Part shown: one piece after another, positions 59,938-64,000 of the stretch
How the letters are laid out: each line of letters opens with the position of its first letter
Position numbering within the stretch: position 1 is the stretch's first letter
NCBI RefSeq assembly: GCF_009914755.1
Contig: NC_060938.1
DNA from: the human T2T-CHM13v2.0 reference genome, Homo sapiens
Strand: one strand, 5' to 3'
DNA: 64,000 bases
Translations under genes and position numbers: made by a program
Notes under the pieces: model-generated
What the model was told of the DNA's origin: nothing
Databases searched by the model: none
What the model saw: only the letters and a program-made list of their open reading frames with translations

Positions 59938-60222
59938 CCACCCACTGGAGTGCAGATGAGGGAGCCGGCCATGAGCTGCTGAAGTGCAGGGGAGGGAGCC
60001 TGCTGTGAGCCACTGGTGCAGGTGAGCAAGCCGGCGGTGAGCCGCTGGAATGCAGGGGAGGGAGGCAGCCGTGAACCGCTGGTATGCAGGGGAGGGAGCC
60101 GGCCGTGAGCGCCTGGTGCAGGTGAGGCAGCAGGCCGTGAGCCGTTGGGGCAGGTGAGGGAGCTGGGCATGAGCCGCTGGAGTGCAGGTGAGGGAGCTGG
60201 CCGTGAGCCCCTAGTGCAGGGA
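59938..60222. repeat. GC-rich minisatellite, 32-34 bp unit, ~8.5 copies
   Basis: Unit GAGCCGCTGG(AG)TGCAGG(T/G)GAGGGAGCCGGCCGT. Confidence 0.9.
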
Positions 60223-60837
60223 TGCATGGCGGGAGTCTGGCTGCCTTTGTAGGGCAGGAAGCCTCTAGAACGCGTGGGTCCCGCAGGGTCTGGCAGAAGG
60301 AATGGCAGTTCTGTGCAGACCCTCTAGACTACGGGTCACTGTGTGCAGGTTGCACAAGGGATACACGAGGGGGTCTGGGCAACTTTTCAAGAACTTTCAT
60401 ATCACATGGGCCCTGCAGCATTTTGGTTTCCATGTCGAGATGTTGCAAGCCAAGGCTACAAGGTGGCTGAGGGACCACGCCTTGGTCTGTGGTTGGGGCT
60501 TGAACATGATCAAAGCCCAGCCAGAGAACTCCTGTCCCCTGCAGTCTCTCCATCCTCTACCTAGAGGCCTGCAGAATGTTCACTTCCAGAAGGTATATTG
60601 AACAGTGTTTCCCAGATTATCACAGTGCACATATTGAAAGGTGCACTAGGAGCTGGGAGGCAATAGACTGAATACTGACACTAGAGACGCTGGCTCATGG
60701 TAATGAAGAGAAGCTGAAAAGGAGTGGGAAAGAACTAACTGTAATTTTACATCAGTGATCTGCATCTTTGTTTTGAACGTTTGTGGCAACCAAAATGACT
60801 ATTCTTTCTACCCTCTTAGTTCAAACATAGCCTGAGA

Positions 60838-61742
<905 letters not shown>

Positions 61743-61769
61743 TCACCTGTCCTGACCAATGCATGACTC

Positions 61770-61920
61770 ATTTCATCCTTGACACAGCCCCTGAGAGAAG
61801 GGGTTTTATCCTCATTTCACAAATGAAGAGTCAAGTCTCAGAGAGGTTAGCAGCATGAGCAAGCTCACACAATGAGGGGTGGAGCTTGGATTTGAATCCA
61901 GGTCTGTCTAACCTCAAAGA
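61770..61920. mobile_element. MIR SINE fragment
   Basis: 'tttcacaaatgaaga..ctcagagaggttag..ggatttgaatccaggtctgtct'. Confidence 0.75.
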
Positions 61921-61962
61921 CTGAAGTGGGGATGAAAATAAGTTGTCATTGTTGTTTGCCTG

Positions 61963-62130
61963 TCATCCAGGTGATGTAACACTTGTCTAGGCTCTGCCTA
62001 CGGGGGCTTTGTGACATACCTCTGCACTGATCACCCAGGTGATGTAACTCTTGTCTAGGCTTTGCCTATGGAGGCTTTGTGACATATCTCTGCACTGATC
62101 ACCCAGGTGATGGGACTCTTTTCTAGGCTC
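61963..62130. repeat. Beta satellite (68-bp Sau3A/BSR), ~2.5 units
   Basis: CCCAGGTGATGTAACTCTTGTCTAGGCTCTGCCTAC.GGGGC.TTGTGACATATCTCTGCACTGATCA. Confidence 0.93.
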
Positions 62131-62409
62131 TTCTATCCTTGGATTGTAACCTTGAAGGATCTTGAACTCATATCCTTTCAGGGATTATAAAAGGGAGCAC
62201 ATCAAAACTGTCATGATAAAGTTGTGGAAAAGTGGGCAATATTGCCAAATGCAAAATATCTGGGCTATATTTTGGTCTCAGATCACCATTTGAGATTCCT
62301 GGAAGATAGGGAATATGGAGGCCAACTCCCATAGGGATGTTGTATAAGACTCCAAGCCCTAAGTCAATGATCTCAACCCTGTGGATCAGCACTCTCCATG
62401 TAATGGGGC

Positions 62410-62800
62410 ATCTTAACCCATTTTGTGCTGCTATAACAGAATATCATAGACTAGGGAATCTATAAAGAAAAGAAATTTATTTCTTAGAGTTCTGGAGGCT
62501 AGGAAGTCCAAGGATGAGGGGGGTCTGCATCTGGTGAGGGCCTTCTTGCTGTGTCATCTCATGACTGAAGACAGCAGAGCAAGACTTTGAGAAAGAAAGA
62601 GAGCAAAAGGGGCTGAGCTTGCTTTTAATACAAGCCCACTCCCAAGATAACTAACCTACTCCTGAGATAGTGACATTAATCCATGCATGGGGGCAGAATC
62701 TCATAGCCCAATCACTCTTATTAGGCCCTGCCTCTCAACACTGTCACATAGAGGATTAAGTTTCCAACATGTGAGCTCTGGGGGACACATGCAGACCATA
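62410..62800. mobile_element. MLT1A/B-like LTR
   Basis: 'gctgctataacagaata.catagact.gg', 'ttctggaggctaggaagtccaag', 'ggggacacat.cagaccata'. Confidence 0.8.
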
Positions 62801-63059
62801 TATGGGCGATTGATGAGTATATGGGAGGGACCAGTCATGAATATTTTGGCTGAGAGTTGTGTTTGAGAGCTGAAGCCATGCTCCATCATGGCAGGGCACA
62901 CATAGACCTTTGAATGCTCTGAGGAATGAATATTTGAATATTGAAGAGTGTAACTCATGGCAGAAGGTGGAATATTTAAAAGGCAGAAGTGCCTGGTTCA
63001 AGTAAAAGAGTGAACAGCCTGTAGCCTGGGGCTGGCTCCTCTTCCCTTTCCGTCCCCAC

Positions 63060-63392
63060 CTTTCACCTTTCTTTCTTTCTTTCCCTCCCTCCCTCTTTCT
63101 CCCTTCCCTCACACTCTCCTTCCTTCCTCTCTTCCTTCCTTCCTCTCCCTTCCTCTTTCTCTCCCTCCCTGCTTCCTTGTTTCTTTCCTTCTTTCTCTTT
63201 CCCTTTTTCTTCCTCCTTCCTTCCTTCCTTCTCTCTCATTTCCTTCTCTCTTTCTTTCTCTCTTTCCATCTTTCTCTCCCTCCATCCTTCTTTCTCTCAT
63301 TCTTTCCTTCCTTCTCTCTTTCCTTCTTTGTCCCCTTCTTTCCTTCTTTTCTTTCTCCCTCCTTCCTGCCTTCCTTTCTTCTCTCTTTCTTT
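63060..63392. repeat. (TTCC/TTTC)n pyrimidine tract
   Basis: Direct inspection. Confidence 0.95.
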
Positions 63393-64000
63393 GACTGATG
63401 TGTTCTGAGTCCAAGCAACCTGTGGGGTACTAAGTGGTACCAAAATTGACTCAAGAATCAGGAAGAAATAGAAAACCTAAGAAGTACTACAACATGAAGA
63501 ACATAAAATCTCTAGTAAAATAAAATCTTTCACAAAGGAAGGACTAGGCCCAGATGGTTATATGAGCAAATTTTACAGACTTCCAAAGAATGGATCATTC
63601 TAATTATGTTCCAAACAACTGTAGCTAGGAATATTAATGCTGGATTTTTCAAAAGCCTCATTTCCTAAAATCTGTAGGTTCAAAGGTAGATTGGTATGTG
63701 TTGGAAATCCTCAAATTTGTGCAGTTCCTTGGAGTTTTAGCATTAAAAAAGAAATTCCTTGCCTGCATTAACTTTAAATTTTGTAACAGTTACCATTTAA
63801 TAGAGATACTCTATTCATTTATATGCACTCTGATTTTATAGGAATGGAGACATATCAGACACATGGCTCTGCAACCAGGTTTTTTACTTTGTAAATATCT
63901 TGGACATCATTTTTGAGCATCCTTTTAAAATTTATTTTTTTAAATAGCTGCATAGTATTCTATCATATGAATAACCATAATTTCAATAAACAGTAAGGTG

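Overview
Primate (human-like) non-coding DNA with the structure of a pericentromeric segmental-duplication mosaic; no intact protein gene, CRISPR or prokaryotic feature. Left to right: (1) ~1.17-24.7 kb, a decayed minus-strand fragment of a 45S rDNA unit (truncated ITS2, 5.8S, ITS1, 18S, deleted 5'ETS, no Pol I start site, and ~17 kb of intergenic spacer with the CDC27 retrocopy, GA/CT blocks, one 'long repeat' and many Alus); (2) ~24.9-27.8 kb, Tigger1 carrying a solo HERV-K LTR5A, an Alu and a fold-back palindrome; (3) ~27.8-35.45 kb, two degenerate D4Z4/DUX4-like units split by a twin-primed PCMTD1 retrocopy; (4) ~35.45-37.0 kb, a 5S rDNA spacer without the 5S gene; (5) from ~37 kb, a KRAB-ZNF gene relic (KRAB-B exon), a full-length dead L1PA3/4 in an older L1, then repeat-dense DNA (L1M, MST/THE1/MLT1, Alus, a minisatellite, a short beta-satellite). 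The best leads are a left-arm TAAT>TCAT change shared by 12 of 14 spacer Alus and none outside, a CDC27 retrocopy made from an intronically polyadenylated isoform, and the joining of 45S, D4Z4 and 5S repeat families in one block. Family assignments rest on recalled consensus sequences, not on searches; the species and chromosome cannot be determined from the window alone.
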